A stretch of DNA of 64,000 nt from Priapulus caudatus (lineage: Eukaryota): contig NW_014577067.1 of NCBI RefSeq assembly GCF_000485595.1, positions 729,337-793,336 on the forward strand, in the 5' to 3' direction. Made by a program: the position numbers and the translations under genes. This document shows positions 1 through 12,699 of the stretch, one piece after another (positions within the stretch are counted from its first letter, which is position 1; every line of letters starts with the position of its first letter). The notes beneath the pieces were generated by a model, which saw only the letters and a program-made list of their open reading frames with translations, was not told the DNA's origin and searched no databases.

Positions 1-5
1 GGGAG

Positions 6-222
6 ATGGCGAAATGGGAAAATGGCGAAATGGGAAAATGGCGAAATGGGAAAATGGCGAAATGGGAAAATGGCGAAGTGGGAAAATGGCGAAATGGGAA
101 ACTGGCGAAATGGGAAATGGCGAAATGGGAAATGGCGAAGTGGGAAAATGGCGAAATGGGAAACTGGCGAAATGGGAAATGGCGAAATGGGAAATGGCGA
201 AGTGGGAAAATGGCGAAACGGG
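6..222. repeat. Minisatellite, ~17-18 bp unit (AAAATGGCGAAATGGG-like)
   Basis: Direct tandem repetition; explains the three spurious ORFs at 6-406. Confidence 0.95.
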
Positions 223-1543
223 AAGACACTATTATTATATATATTACTATTTCTACATTTGTTACACTTTACACATCGCCTCGAGCTATTACAACCCGGA
301 TAGTGAATTCCAGCGATGCGTGCGACCATTCTTATCACAGACTAACAATATATATACAAGATATATTGTTATTCTATGTTCTTATGTAATGATTCATTCT
401 ACATGACCGACTGCAGCGTAGGGTCGGTGTCTACTTGTCTACAGCAACAGGTAACAAGAAAGCAAGACAATTAACCGTATTACGCTTACGCATTATACTA
501 GCGTCTCTCCACTAATTATGGCCAGAAACTGTTGTCGATGAGTGTATAGTGAGACCCCGGTAAAGGGGAGTTTAACATCTGTCTCCGGCTTGCGTTGCCC
601 GTGGCAAAACTCGTATAGTCCCTGAGCGGGGGAATTCAGAAGACATCAGTGTGTTCACTGGCTGTGTGGGCGACTGCCCGTGCTAAGTGGTTGCCAAAGT
701 GATATGCCACTTTACTGTTCACACTGGCCACGGCGGTGTTAGGTTTACACAGCCGTGTTTACAGTGAACTAAAATCATGTGACAGCAAAATCACTGATCA
801 CCGCATAGCCAGTGGTTTTCAAAACAGAGGTGACGAGCGGATCTTTGGTGGGTCGCAAGATGCCTGTACCAAACAAAGACGCTCTTAGCTTCGGTAGAGA
901 GTAAGGGTACTTGCTTATTCTGCTAGCTACGCATGAAAGACAAGGCTTCTCACGCCATGATTCTGCAACAGCGGTGTGGGCTGTGACTTACACGCGCTTT
1001 AGCTTCCCCGTGACACTCCTGTCAGATCTGCACACACGGACGTATAAAGGCATTAATTAAACTGGATTTGACAACTTTTTATTGTTTAATTTGTACAAGA
1101 TTTCGAATCCAGTATTTATTCCCTAAGGTGCATTAAATTAAATTACATCAGAGAGTTAGTTCGAAATCCTTTCTGGAGAAGCATGCCCCGGTTTATTCAC
1201 ATGCGAAAGTATAAAAGTAATAGTTATGATGTGACAGAGCTTTCTTAGTTCATTTGTACAAAAACCCGTATGAAATTGTATGTTTTGTAGCAGTTTATTG
1301 GCTCACAGAATGCAAGAAAATGCGTTATTTCATACTATTTCTTTAAATAAATATTAATGACATCCTAACCCCCAAAACGGGTTATGTCATATAGCGGGGT
1401 TGCAATGCCGTAAAACCATAACAAGGAGAGAAGCTAATGCATAGGACAAAACTGGTGAGCGAAAACATGAAGAAAAACTATATCATTAGCCAATGAATGA
1501 AATGCTAATTCCACGCTGACTCATCAATTTGTGTCATTTGCAG

Positions 1544-2296
1544 GCGTGGCTAGGGGAATGATAAATACCCCATCGAAAGTGATTAACGGAGTGTACTTTG
1601 ACAAGAAACGCTCGCTGGCAACTGGACTGGCGATCACGTCTGGTGCCGTTGGCGCGCTCATTGGCCCTCTACTGTGTGTCAAACTCATCGAGCTCTATAC
1701 GTGGCATGGCACACTCATCATTCTAGCTGGCATGTACCTACAAACAGTGGCAGCCAGCGCCCTCTTCCGGGACATACCCAAAGCAGCGAAAGAAGAGCTA
1801 AGCCAACGTCGCAGCAGCAACAATACGTCGCTAATGATGCCAATCCCAGACATGATAAAATTCGGAGCCCACTGCTTGAGTAGTCTCGCCATGGGCTTCA
1901 GTACGCTAATGTTCGTGACATTCTGCGTGCTGTACGGCATGTCGCAGGGCTTGAGTCTCGCGCGGGCTGCACAGATGATGAGCGTGATCAACGTGAGCAG
2001 TGCACTCAGTGCCTTTCTGGTGGCAGCGACGGGCGACAGACCGTGGTTTCCACGGCCGCTGGTCTACGGCCTTGCGACGCTAACGATTTCGATCATCGCT
2101 TTCTTGTTTCTGCTGGCGGGTGAACTGTCTGTGTTTGTTGTTTGCTGCGTGTTCTACGGATGCAGCGGTGGCATACGAGCGAGCATGGAGACAGCCATGC
2201 TCGTGGACCTGTTCGGAATAGAGCATCTACCGACGGTCCAGCCTATCTACTCGCTCTTCTTTGGCCTCGGAGCTTTTACTGGACCTCTGGCCGCGG
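1544..2296 (+). CDS. Monocarboxylate transporter-like (SLC16/MFS) protein, internal coding exon; 5' exons not identified here
   Basis: tttgcag acceptor at 1543 and G|gtaagc donor at 2297 (phase 1-1). Translation has YFDKKRSLATGLAITSGAVG, LIELYTWHGTLIILAG and LVDLFGIEHL, typical of SLC16, plus multiple hydrophobic segments. Confidence 0.85.
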
Positions 2297-2956
2297 GTAA
2301 GCATAGCGAGGTGGTGCTGCGAGATGAGCATATAAACAAACAAGAGCGCGGTGTCCCCGTTGGCGCTCAATTGGAAGCTAGTGTAGTGACCCTAGGGGTC
2401 ACCACACTGGACTTTCACACGTGCTGTGGTTAGCACGTGTAATTTATTTGTGTCGGGATCATTTTTCGCTCCTATACCATGAAGGTAGGACGGTGATGCA
2501 GTAGCAAGAAAAACCCCAGAGTGAAATGAACGCAAGTCAAACTTAGATAGTCTTTATACAACGGATGGTTTTATTCATCGTATACGAATAACATTCACTG
2601 CACGTATCTCAAATATAGCGTATAGATATATAGATATATATTACTCATGTCACGTACGTTTACGTTACCTCGTTAGGTTATTACACGTTTAACTTAACTC
2701 TTATCTATTCTACGGGTTAATATTGTAGCCTCCGGCGCCGCTCCTCGTCTGTCTCTCCCCGTCGTGTGCGCCGCGGCTCGGCGCGAGTTCGTGGGTTGGC
2801 AGCGCGTCTCCCTGTCTGGGGTAAGCTATAGCTCCGGGCCTCTCCCTTAGTATAAGATATATCTTCTCGGGCGTCGTCCTGCTCGTGGGTGGCTCTCCCT
2901 CCGACGGTGTGTGTGCGCTCTCTCGAGCGCGATCGTTCGCTCCCTCGAGCGTGTTT

Positions 2957-3061
2957 GTTCGTTCGTTCGTTCGTTCGTTCGTTCGTTCGTTCGTTCGTTC
3001 GTTCGTTCGTTCGTTCGTTCGTTCGTTCGTTCATTCGTTCGTTCGTTCGTTCGTTCGTTCG
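2957..3061. repeat. (TTCG)n microsatellite
   Basis: Direct tandem repetition. Confidence 0.95.
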
Positions 3062-3492
3062 TGACACGAGTTGTTAAAAGTGTTGCATTCCACGATTATA
3101 GAAACCTCGCACAAGGTTCCTCGGGGTGCCTTAAGGTTTACTCAGGCATTTAGAGTCATTGACAGAATAATTCACGTAGACATTTTTTCCTAGTATTATA
3201 TATGCCACTGCAAAGGCAATATATAGGCAGTAACCGAGTATAATGACATTTCCAAAATGAAGAAACTGAGATTCTCATTTTCTTTAATATATGATATATA
3301 TACAATATATGATATTATATATATAAATAAATAAATATATATATATATATTAGGCCTGAATAAAATTTATTGTTTATTAAATGTGAGAACGGCAGCCTAG
3401 CTATTACTCATTATGCCAAGGGGTGCAAAGTCACATGCGGATTGTGTTCTTGACAGTTGTCCATGGGAGGTTCACTGACAGTATAATGTAAT

Positions 3493-3543
3493 CAGGAGTA
3501 AGATAATATAGGAATAATATAATCCTATATTATCTTACTCCTG
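3493..3543. mobile_element. 51-bp palindromic mini-MITE, CAGG...CCTG ends, 7-bp TSD ATGTAAT
   Basis: TIR caggagtaagataatatagga / tcctatattatcttactcctg, flanked by atgtaat at 3486-3492 and 3544-3550. Confidence 0.8.
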
Positions 3544-4168
3544 ATGTAATAGTATCTGTTATCTACATTGCTCTGGCGGAACTGCCCCCCCTCTCTCCGT
3601 TTGTTATCACCCCGCTAGCTAGAGCCCCGGGAGAGAAACATAAACAATGACAATGACAAAACAATAGTAGACTATCTACTCTTTTGTGAAGCGTCTGTCG
3701 AGAAAGGTCTCGGCGGGTATACTCCAATAAGTAAAGATGAAACTACCCCCCCCCCTGAGAACCTATCCGAGAACCAGTATATTTCGGGTCATGGTCGCAT
3801 CATCATTGCTAAAACTGAGAGCGCGAACTATAAAACTCCATACCCACCATCCAGGGCCATTAAAACAGTGTCATAAGAGCGCATAGCTCTGCGGCTCTCA
3901 AAGTCACTATATGCCAGATTAAATCTCATCGTGATAGTGGGCGATGCCAATACAGCCCCGGCCTTCAAGTTTATGCTTCATCTATCCCACCAGGTTCCTC
4001 GACACTAGGCGATGTTTTGTTCTACAAAAAGGAAGCGTAAGAGAAAGGAATCCACGTGCGCAGCTCTATCACAGCCAAGCAATTATAGGAGATTCTGAAT
4101 TCGATATCTCTTCCAATGCCTCTAGCGATGTTACCACATACGCGCCATAACAACGCCTTTCTATACAG

Positions 4169-4371
4169 GTGGTGTGTTGGACTACACTGGCAACCTGAAG
4201 TTAGTTGTCATCCTTTGTGGAAGCACGGCTGGTCTGAGCGCAGCGTTGCTGAGTGGCGCCCTCTATATCGACTACAGACAGAAGCATACGAAGCAGGAAG
4301 AACCGCCTCCGAGGCGATCGAGTAAAGTCGAAATCATTTTCGACGATGCGACCAGGTCGCAGCACATATAG
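4169..4371 (+). CDS. Monocarboxylate transporter-like protein, terminal coding exon
   Basis: ctatacag acceptor; phase 1 matches the previous exon, giving GPLAAG-GVLDYTGN (GxLxDxTG motif before TM12); stop TAG at 4369-4371. Confidence 0.8.
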
Positions 4372-5810
4372 ATCCTTGTAGATGTATATATGGTTTGGAT
4401 GTATGTGTAAGGTGCTTTAACGCGCCACAATAAATGACTCAGACGTTGCTGGCGATGGAATATAGGCCTATGTATCGATGGAAGATCTTGCATGTTATCT
4501 TCGTAAATAAGCACGTCTCGCGGTGCTTTGTTTTGCGTAAATATATTACTAATGTACCCTGTTATATCAATTAATCGCTACATAGCGTGATGAAGTATCT
4601 GATACGTAGATTCACCACATCGCCTATGTGTGCTGCAATGTTACAGAGAGTACATAGTATGATGGGAGTATGATAAGCTAGACCTGCTCGTGCATTATGT
4701 GTCACTACAAGTTGCTTCTAGTGCAGGACGTTGCTAAATACCTGCTAAAGTCGGTTTACCCAACTTCGAGTCGATGACACAAATTTGATAGATGCATAAA
4801 TCCGGTGCTCATCGTTTATTCTGCAAATAGATATATAGAAATATTTTTACTTATATACTTGGATGTTGACATATTATATGTGGAGTAAAATTATAAAAAA
4901 GCGTAGGCCTACATCCATCTTACGCTCACGTACCAAAAGCCATACGTAATCTTGATCTTATTAGTTCTATATGCACGGTAACGTCTATACTATTATCATT
5001 TGCTATATGTACTAGACTAGAAGTAACTACACACATTGTATGACATGTTACATAACATCACATGTTGCCAATCGTTTTTACATAAACACGTAGCATTACG
5101 TTAAGCACTAATAGTAATATAACTATATAACTATATACTATATAACTATACACACAATATATGTGTAGTTACAATGAATATGCTAGTGCACAAGCGAGTA
5201 CTTTCTCAATAAATAATGGCTAGAAATAGAATATACAGAACATCAAAGAAAACGTATAGGTTTTACGTATAATAATTTAACGGCTTTTACACGGCTGAAT
5301 AAAGATGTATATACATTTACGTATCATTCAGTAAATTGATTCCCCATTTACAAAATGCTACTACAGCGACAAAACCATTAAGAGAACCATGCACATCATT
5401 GATACTTTCGAATGTATGAATATTCAAATGTGTTCGTCCACTCGTGATTTGATGCAGTATGAAAGCACGCACACACGCGTGCGTGCATACATATACGCAT
5501 GTACGCGAGCACACGAACATACAAGGTGTAACAGTGTTACATACATTATAAACGGTAATGAGTGTACACTGTGTGGCTCTGATGTCGGTCAGTAATGGTT
5601 TTTATGTGAATAATACGATATTTTTGTGAAGCGAGTTACAACGATATGATCTAATGGTAGCCTATATCTTGCGACCCTCTGTCACTCGGTAGACTATCCT
5701 ATCGCTTTAATAGATGCGAACGATTCTTCTACGGCGACCGATGAGTCTCTGCTACACAGTTCAATACCTGCGTCGAATGCGTAATACAAACTGAAAAATA
5801 TACCTGCATG

Positions 5811-5936
5811 TTACGATTCAATGAATAGGTTTTTTATGGCGACGCCTATTCCCATCTCCAACGGCGACGTGTACAGCGGGAGTAGGATTAAGAAGAGACA
5901 TATAAGCAGGTAGATGATCGGTAGGGCAAGATGAAC
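5811..5936 (-). CDS. SLC7 transporter exon 8 (TM11, truncated TM12)
   Basis: cccgcag acceptor; VHLALPIIYLLICLFLILLPLYTSPLEMGIGVAI then KNLFIES-stop; the usual GIPVY segment is absent. Confidence 0.75.
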   Translation of the reverse strand, partial: VHLALPIIYLLICLFLILLPLYTSPLEMGIGVAIKNLFIES

Positions 5937-6241
5937 CTGCGGGAGTAGGCGCAGCAGTTATTAAAAGTAATTTATAACAAGTTATTTATACTGCGACACA
6001 AGCGAACCTGACATTTAACGTTGACATTGTGAATATTGTTGACGCGTATATGGAAAATATACAATATAATAACAGTAACATTGATTTTTGCGACAATTAA
6101 TGGACGCAGCAGTCATTGCAGTAATTATTTTATTGGCATACAATTTACATCGTATAAAATCTGATCATCCGATAACTAAATCCGGTGTGAACCGACCTAA
6201 TAATATCTGCTCGGTTCTGTGCTAGCCTAAAGGCTCTCTAC

Positions 6242-6674
6242 CTTTATGGGTCTGTGGAGATAAGGTTGTTTCCAGCGTAAGAACAGCAGCGCGCTCAAGG
6301 ACATGGCAATAAAGCTGGATTCTATCAGGAGTAGATAATAGGGATTCTATAATTCTATTAATTCTATTCTAATATTAATTCTATTAATTCTAATATTAAT
6401 TCTAATATTAGAATTAAGAATATTAGAATATTAGAATTAGAATTAAGAATATTAGAATTAATTCTAACAAAGAATATTAGAATATTAGAATTAGAATTAA
6501 GAATATTAGAATTAATTCTAACATTAATTCTATTAATTCTATTCTATTAATTCTATTAATATTATTTCTATATTCTATTAATTCCCTATTATCTAATCCT
6601 GATTCTATGAAGCTAGTGTAGTTGATAAGAGTGTACACGTCGCTCGTGGTGCACATGAGAGCCGACAGCGTCCC
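6242..6674 (-). CDS. SLC7 transporter exon 7, interrupted by a 276-bp MITE
   Basis: GTLSALMCTTSDVYTLINYTSFIES [insert] SFIAMSLSALLFLRWKQPYLHRPIK; removing the element plus one TSD gives a 150-nt phase 0-0 exon. Confidence 0.85.
6326..6601. mobile_element. AT-rich MITE, CAGG...CCTG ends, 7-bp TSD ATTCTAT
   Basis: TIR caggagtagataataggga / tccctattatctaatcctg; attctat at 6319-6325 and 6602-6608; internal ATTCTA/TAGAAT repeats; TIR related to 3493-3543. Confidence 0.9.
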
Positions 6675-6947
6675 CTATATGCGAACACATCTGCTATTAA
6701 TTACGAGCTACTAAATACTAAACACACGATATTACTGGAATCAAGAGCACGACAATGAGACAATAATATTCATAATCAGATAATTACTAGCATTTTTCAA
6801 AATTACAAAATCAAAATCTACATTTGTGTGTGTAATTTGCACGATCCATTTCTGTTTGAATGCATTTCAAACGCGTTTTGTTTCTTATATGGAGGTTTCG
6901 ATGATACGACCCTGTATACTAACATTATATGCAAGAGATACACTCAC

Positions 6948-7044
6948 AATGAAGATTAGCGACGGCAGCGGAGTCACGTTGTGGATGTTGATCATGGCCA
7001 GGCAGTCTGGCAGATGTCCTTGTCGGGCGCCGACGAAAAACAAC
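6948..7044 (-). CDS. SLC7 transporter exon 6b
   Basis: gaag acceptor; [32 protein letters not shown]; gtgagt donor. Confidence 0.9.
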
Positions 7045-7338
7045 CTTCAACGCACACGTTAAACTAACCCACTGCGTTGAATTACTCGCAAAGAATTGCC
7101 TCAGGCGAATTGATAGCAGAAATAATTAATGGCATGATATGAAGAAAAAAATTGACTTGATTATAGAAAGAGATATATATATATATATATATAAATATAT
7201 ATATAGCGTTTGCCGTTTAGCATGATCTATATATACATTGCACGTATTCCACTGGGGGGAAATTTACTCCCAGGTAACGTGATGAGATATAGTTACTACT
7301 CAGACGCTCCGCACAGGTAGCGATTCATATTCGCTTAC

Positions 7339-7442
7339 CTGGACGAAGCGAAGATGCCACCATTGACGCCACCGAAGGTAGAGCAAGCGACAAAAAACGG
7401 CATTGTCCAATGCATGCTGCCGAGCACTCGCTTGCCAAAACT
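7339..7442 (-). CDS. SLC7 transporter exon 6a
   Basis: ctacag acceptor; SFGKRVLGSMHWTMPFFVACSTFGGVNGGIFASSR; gtaagc donor. Confidence 0.9.
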
Positions 7443-7943
7443 CTGTAGATTCGGAAATGGCAGACATTTGACGACATAACTGGCGAGCGAGTATTGACAT
7501 ACCAGTGATTTATTTATTGACTATAAAATCATTTAACCGTTTGTATATTTCATTGCTTCTTTCTACAAATATTTAACATCCATCACACACATGAGATTTT
7601 TGATGATCCAGATCCGTAGCAATGCCTAGGATGCGCAAAATTACTCGACTCTGAGTAAAAAATTCTAATAATGACGAAGGAGGGGGTACGGAGCTCCCAG
7701 TCAGCATGTATCGTGAGGTGGGGATAGGCGTGAAACGAATGTTGCACGGATGACTACATGGTGATTTACACTGTTTGTAGAATTACATACATTAATCTGG
7801 TTTTATTTTAAATCTTCTCCGAAAGCCTGGGCAGAAGCTGCTTCCCCTCCCTTGTATCGCCTTGACTTGCTAACATCTCCCTTGCATCCCACCCCTCAGA
7901 AGACTACGGCCCTGTGTGCAGTATGTTCGCCGCGTTATCGTAC

Positions 7944-8067
7944 CACAGCCACAGCCTCCGTCTCTAGAATCTCGTCAACCGACAGGACGGTGAAGTAGGC
8001 GACGTTGGAGAGCACGTACGCCGTCGTAACGAGTGGCACGGAGATGTAGATCGCTCGCGGCAGGTTC
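7944..8067 (-). CDS. SLC7 transporter exon 5
   Basis: ttgcag acceptor; [41 protein letters not shown]; gtacga donor. Confidence 0.9.
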
Positions 8068-8588
8068 CTGCAACAACGCGACGCCATTTTAAGCGAGCGG
8101 AAAAGCGGAATTGCGACTTGAATCAAGCGCGAAGCACGGTCGTGACGGCTATTGTAGCTTTGTGTTCGTGCTAGGAAGCTTAAAGTTAATCAAAGCATCA
8201 GTTCTAAGCCCGCATCGTAAGCGTTTTGGGGTTTCATGTCTGACACGGACGCAGTGCCCGCCTGACATGCTTCAATTTTAAGTCAGCATAACATTTCGCT
8301 GTTTTCCAGCTTGCGGTAGCAAACAGACGACAGCGTTTACTGTCACGCCGTATCGGGCTTTTATTTGCGGCACTTCGTTGACAAGCATTGCCATTTAAAA
8401 CGTCATGTCGCAACAGTGAATGTCTTAGAGCTGCACTCCTGTCATTCACATAGATTATTGTTAAGCCATTTTCCGAGTGGGTCGTTGTCTGAATAAATTG
8501 ATAATTAAAATGTATGTAAATAATAATATTTATATGTAAATGTATTAGTAAATATATATGAATAAATAGGTAGGCGCATGAAGCTTAC

Positions 8589-8633
8589 TTGGCTGGATTT
8601 TCGAGTTCTTCAGTGACAAAATTCAAGTAATTC
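8589..8633 (-). CDS. SLC7 transporter exon 4
   Basis: ttttag acceptor; WNYLNFVTEELENPAK; gtaagc donor. Confidence 0.9.
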
Positions 8634-9098
8634 CTAAAAAATGCAAAGTATATTAGAATATATATATATTAACATAAATATATTTTAAGCGTGACCTAAC
8701 AAACTTATCCCAACACGAAAATAAACAGCAACATCCCAAGCAGAACAGGAAGCAAACACGATCGCACGCTTGAAGTTTCGCGCAAACTCATTATTATTGT
8801 AATTTTATTACCTATGTCTGTCATCGTTATGTAATCGACATCGGGGTGTACCGATAGTAAAATGATTCAAGAATTTCTCGTAGTGTATATGTAAAGCGAT
8901 CCGCCCACGTGTAATAGTGACGAGGGGTGCTATTGTGCTAGACGTGGGCATTTGAAGGAACACATCTACATAACGTATAGGCACAGGCACACCCCGCTGA
9001 CTTTCACATTACGGTATATTCATGGTACATTCATAGTATCACGAGCGAAAAAAAACATATATATGTGTGTTCGTGGTATGCTCGTGGCATGTACTTAC

Positions 9099-9198
9099 CA
9101 CCCTGAGTAGGAGAACAGGCCGGCGTAGAAAGAGAGGGCTATGTGTCCTGCGTGTGCCTGCGTACCCTTAAACGGCGACTCGAGATTATGCGTGTTTC
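9099..9198 (-). CDS. SLC7 transporter exon 3
   Basis: ttttcag acceptor; GNTHNLESPFKGTQAHAGHIALSFYAGLFSYSG(W); gtaagt donor. Confidence 0.9.
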
Positions 9199-9304
9199 CT
9201 GAAAAGGAACAAGTTGCGGTCCTCGCTCCATTCTCGTATGGCCGGCGGCACGGGATTGTAGGTAATATTGCTATTTTTAGTCCAAGTCGCGGAACCCCTC
9301 TAAC

Positions 9305-9412
9305 CCCCGGTAATGATGATGATGCACAATGCAAGCAGCTTGGCAGCAGTGAAAATGTCCTGCACTCTGACGGCCCATTTCACTTTACTACAGTTGATAA
9401 ACGTGAGAAAGG
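9305..9412 (-). CDS. SLC7 transporter exon 2
   Basis: gcag acceptor; [36 protein letters not shown]; only a weak GTTAGA donor, so the 3' boundary is uncertain. Confidence 0.75.
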
Positions 9413-9948
9413 CTGCGTCAATTGAAAAATTAAAATTAAAATTAAAATTAAATTTTTTGGCTGTTACTGCAATCTATCCAACTGATCTTGCTCTATCAGG
9501 ACTATTCTTTTTGACTCTTAGATGAAACTTGTGACTCATAACTACTATTGGAAACGTTACTACCAATAAATCGTTATTTTACTCCACATGTGTGACGATA
9601 AAAGATAATATTATGGGATCAGTATTATCGGACCACGACGGCATATACATAGCTATCTACAGCATTGTGCATATACGTGTAACATGCTTTTATCTACTGA
9701 TAGCGCCAAGAGCAGCATAAATTAAGCTCTAAATATATACGTGGTCTTATAAGTGGGAATATGTGTCTTGATGGTATAACAGCAAGAGTATTATTGACTC
9801 TTGTTTATTACAATTTAATAATCCAATTAATAATCAAACCCGACACACACATAACATAGCTATACAATTATTAACAATAGTGTATAATATTGTATCACAT
9901 TTCATACGTACATCTACGGCGCCGCACGCATGCGCTCGCAACACTCAC

Positions 9949-10351
9949 CGATGCAGACAATGGCGACGAGACTGACTGCCGACTCCGGTATCTCACAGCC
10001 GTCGGCAAACACCGGTTGCAGTATGTACTTGGCGAAGGTTAGCGCCGTGATCGCATTGCCCGTCGGCATGACGACGAGCAGAGCCACCCAGAGGTAGAGG
10101 AACGCCGGCACGGGCCCGTAGGCCTCGGCGATGTATGCGTAGTCGCTGCCCAACTTCGGGATAGCCGTGCCTAGCTCGGCGTAGCAGAGCGCCCCGACGA
10201 GACACAGCGTTCCGCAGACGGTCCAGATGATGAGCGAGAGACCGACGGAGCCGGCCTCCCGGAGCACGCCCGTCGGCGATACGAAGATGCCCGAGCCGAC
10301 GATGATGCCGACGATGATGGCGACGCCGTTGTGAAGCCGTATCTCTTGCAT
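9949..10351 (-). CDS. SLC7 transporter exon 1 core (TM1-TM3); true start uncertain (10351 or 10673)
   Basis: [42 protein letters not shown] and AFLYLW motifs; donor G|gtgagt at 9948. Confidence 0.9.
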
Positions 10352-10387
10352 CAGTTGCAGGCCGTTGCTGCTGGATGGCCGCGCTAC

Positions 10388-10615
10388 CCCGTCATGGCGT
10401 CTCCCCCCGTCGTAGATTCTCCCTCCGTCACGGAGTCTCCCTCCGTCACGGAGTCTTCCTCCGTCACGGAGTCTCCCTCCGTCACGGAGTCTCCCCCCGT
10501 CGTGGAGTCTTCCTCCGTCACGGAGTCTCCCTCCGTCACGGCGTCTTCCCCCGTCGTGGAGTCTCCCCCCGTCACGGGCTCTCCCCCGTCACGGCACCTC
10601 CTTTTGTCACGGCAT
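10388..10615. repeat. 18-bp minisatellite (GTGACGGAGGGAGACTCC on minus strand) in the SLC7 5' region
   Basis: Tandem units; minus strand reads VTEGDS repeats. Confidence 0.9.
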
Positions 10616-12017
10616 CTCCACCTATCACCGTACCACCTTCCCCCGCCGCGCGCCTGTTCCTAGCGACTGCCATCCTTCTCTGCCGCTCATGGATTCTCCG
10701 TGTGAAACCACCGCCGCTCTCTGCCACACAGGTTTGTCTAAAACCCACTCCGCTGCCAGCGGAAAGTTCGTGCCTCTGCCGAGAGCAACGCTATCGATGT
10801 TTTAGAGTTACTATACTTTGTAGGCGGTTAACAGTACGTCCTCTGGCTTTATGCTATACGCTAGCTCGGTAAAAACGCGCTGGATTTTTTCCCAGTAGAT
10901 GAATCGCCACGATTTGTAAGTATAGTACCTACGTGGCGGTTGCGAGAATGGGAGCCTTTCTTTCGCCGGTTGTTAGAACGAAGTGCTAAGAATCGAGTTA
11001 CTGAAGGAGTGCTGCGCTCACCTGGTTTCGAAATTTTCCCACGTAAGTCGGAAAGTGAGGGCAGGGAACTTGTTCAGCGAAGTGATTTACTTCCGCCGAG
11101 TGGGTCGGCTATGGTAATGCTCGTTTGTTGCACCAGGTAATTTATAACCCGGTACGTAGGTATGTCCCGGTACTCGAATTATTGCGAGTAAATGCAGCCG
11201 TGAAATCTTGCAGGGGGGAAAACACTTTTTTGCACGTATAGCTGCTATAGTTAGAAGACTTAAAAATGTCTAATTTTATCTCGTAATTTCGACGAGATCT
11301 TTGCCTCTATTACTATTAATTATGATTTGATTATTGTAATAAAGATATTTATGTTATCACACAATTAACAAAAACAAAATCAAACATTATTGTAATCAAA
11401 CCCTGTTGTATTTCAACGTCAAGCTAAAGCTACGCGAGAGTTCTTCTGTAATTTGGAGAAATGTGTAAGGAACGCGATCCACGTCTTTTTAAATATTACT
11501 GCTATAATATCGCCATGGATGCTTTGCATAACAATCACGAATAAAACTGAGTGACCGAATTTAGTTATTGGTCAGATATAGGTTTAGGTATTAGACAAAA
11601 TTTTGGTTGAATAATCTAATGTGCCAAATAGCTATCTGCGTGTCTCCTCAGCACGTTGATTATTCTGCCTTAAGTGCAAAACCAATTGCAGCGACAGCGA
11701 CCGACCGTAACGTTGTCTGATATTTTAGAAAATTATAAACTATTCTTTGCAATGAGATGTTGCACACGCACGCGATAACGTTCGGCGACAACCGTTATGA
11801 CAAAAATATTTAGAATCGTTCCGAATTTCTAGCGACATAATCGCGCAAACATCATAAATAGCCAATCACAGCAGTAGATAATCTTTTCATCGGCAGTCGA
11901 GCGGGATTAGTTGAGACAACGCCGTGACGTTGATCGCTGACAAATATGATGACCGATACTGTGCATGTTTTGTGATGAGTGCATTTAGAAAGGAGGGCCG
12001 TGGGTTTAGTAGGAAAA

Positions 12018-12470
12018 GTGTGCGTTTAGGAGGAGGGGGTGTGCGTTCAGGAAGAAGGGGTGTGCGTTCAGGAGGAAGGAGTATGCGTTCAACGAGAGTG
12101 GCGTACGCTCAGGAGGAAGGGGTGTGCGTTCAGAAGGAAGGAGTGTGCGTTCAGGAGGAAGGGGTGTGCGTTCAGGAGGAAGGAGTGTGCGTTCAGGAGG
12201 AAGGGGTGTGCGTTCAGGAGGAATGGGTATGCGTTCAGGAGGAAGGAGTATGCGTTCAGGAGGAAAAGGTGTGCGTTCAGGAGGAAAGGGTATGCGTTCA
12301 GGAGGAAGGGGTGTGCGTTCAGGAGGAAGGGGTGTGCGTTCAGGAGAAAGGAGTATGCGTTCAACGAGAGTGGCGTACGCTCAGGAGCGAGCTAGGTGTA
12401 TCCTTTCAGGAAGGTGGCGTGCGTTCAGTAGAGAGGTGCGTGCGTTTAGTAGAGAGGCGCGTGCGATTTG
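12018..12470. repeat. 21-bp minisatellite (GTGTGCGTTCAGGAGGAAGGG)
   Basis: Direct tandem repetition; explains the QEEGVCV ORF. Confidence 0.95.
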
Positions 12471-12611
12471 GAGGGAGGGGCGATATGGTGATGGGTCGAT
12501 ATGGATATCAAGTATCATAGTCCATATACAAGACAGTCAGTGCCGATACAAGTTTGTAGCTCGCTGGTAGCTCGTTGGTTTCACCTTGGCGGAGGTAGAG
12601 CCGTAGCCCTG

Positions 12612-12661
<50 letters not shown>

Positions 12662-12668
12662 GCGCGCA

Positions 12669-12699
<31 letters not shown>

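Larger units (their letters stand above)
5690..10673 (-). pseudogene. SLC7 L-type (LAT/y+LAT-like) amino acid transporter gene, apparently disrupted
   Basis: Eight phase-compatible exons of clear SLC7 homology. Lesions: MITE inside exon 7, premature stop/deletion in TM12, shortened exon 2 end, N-terminal frameshifts. Some lesions could be assembly errors. Confidence 0.6.

Noticed and set aside
6..406. Three overlapping ORFs with MAKWENGE-type repeats
   Set aside because: Products of a stop-free minisatellite, open in all three frames
11924..12570. QEEGVCV-repeat ORF of 198 aa
   Set aside because: 21-bp minisatellite open in several frames; no signal peptide or splice context
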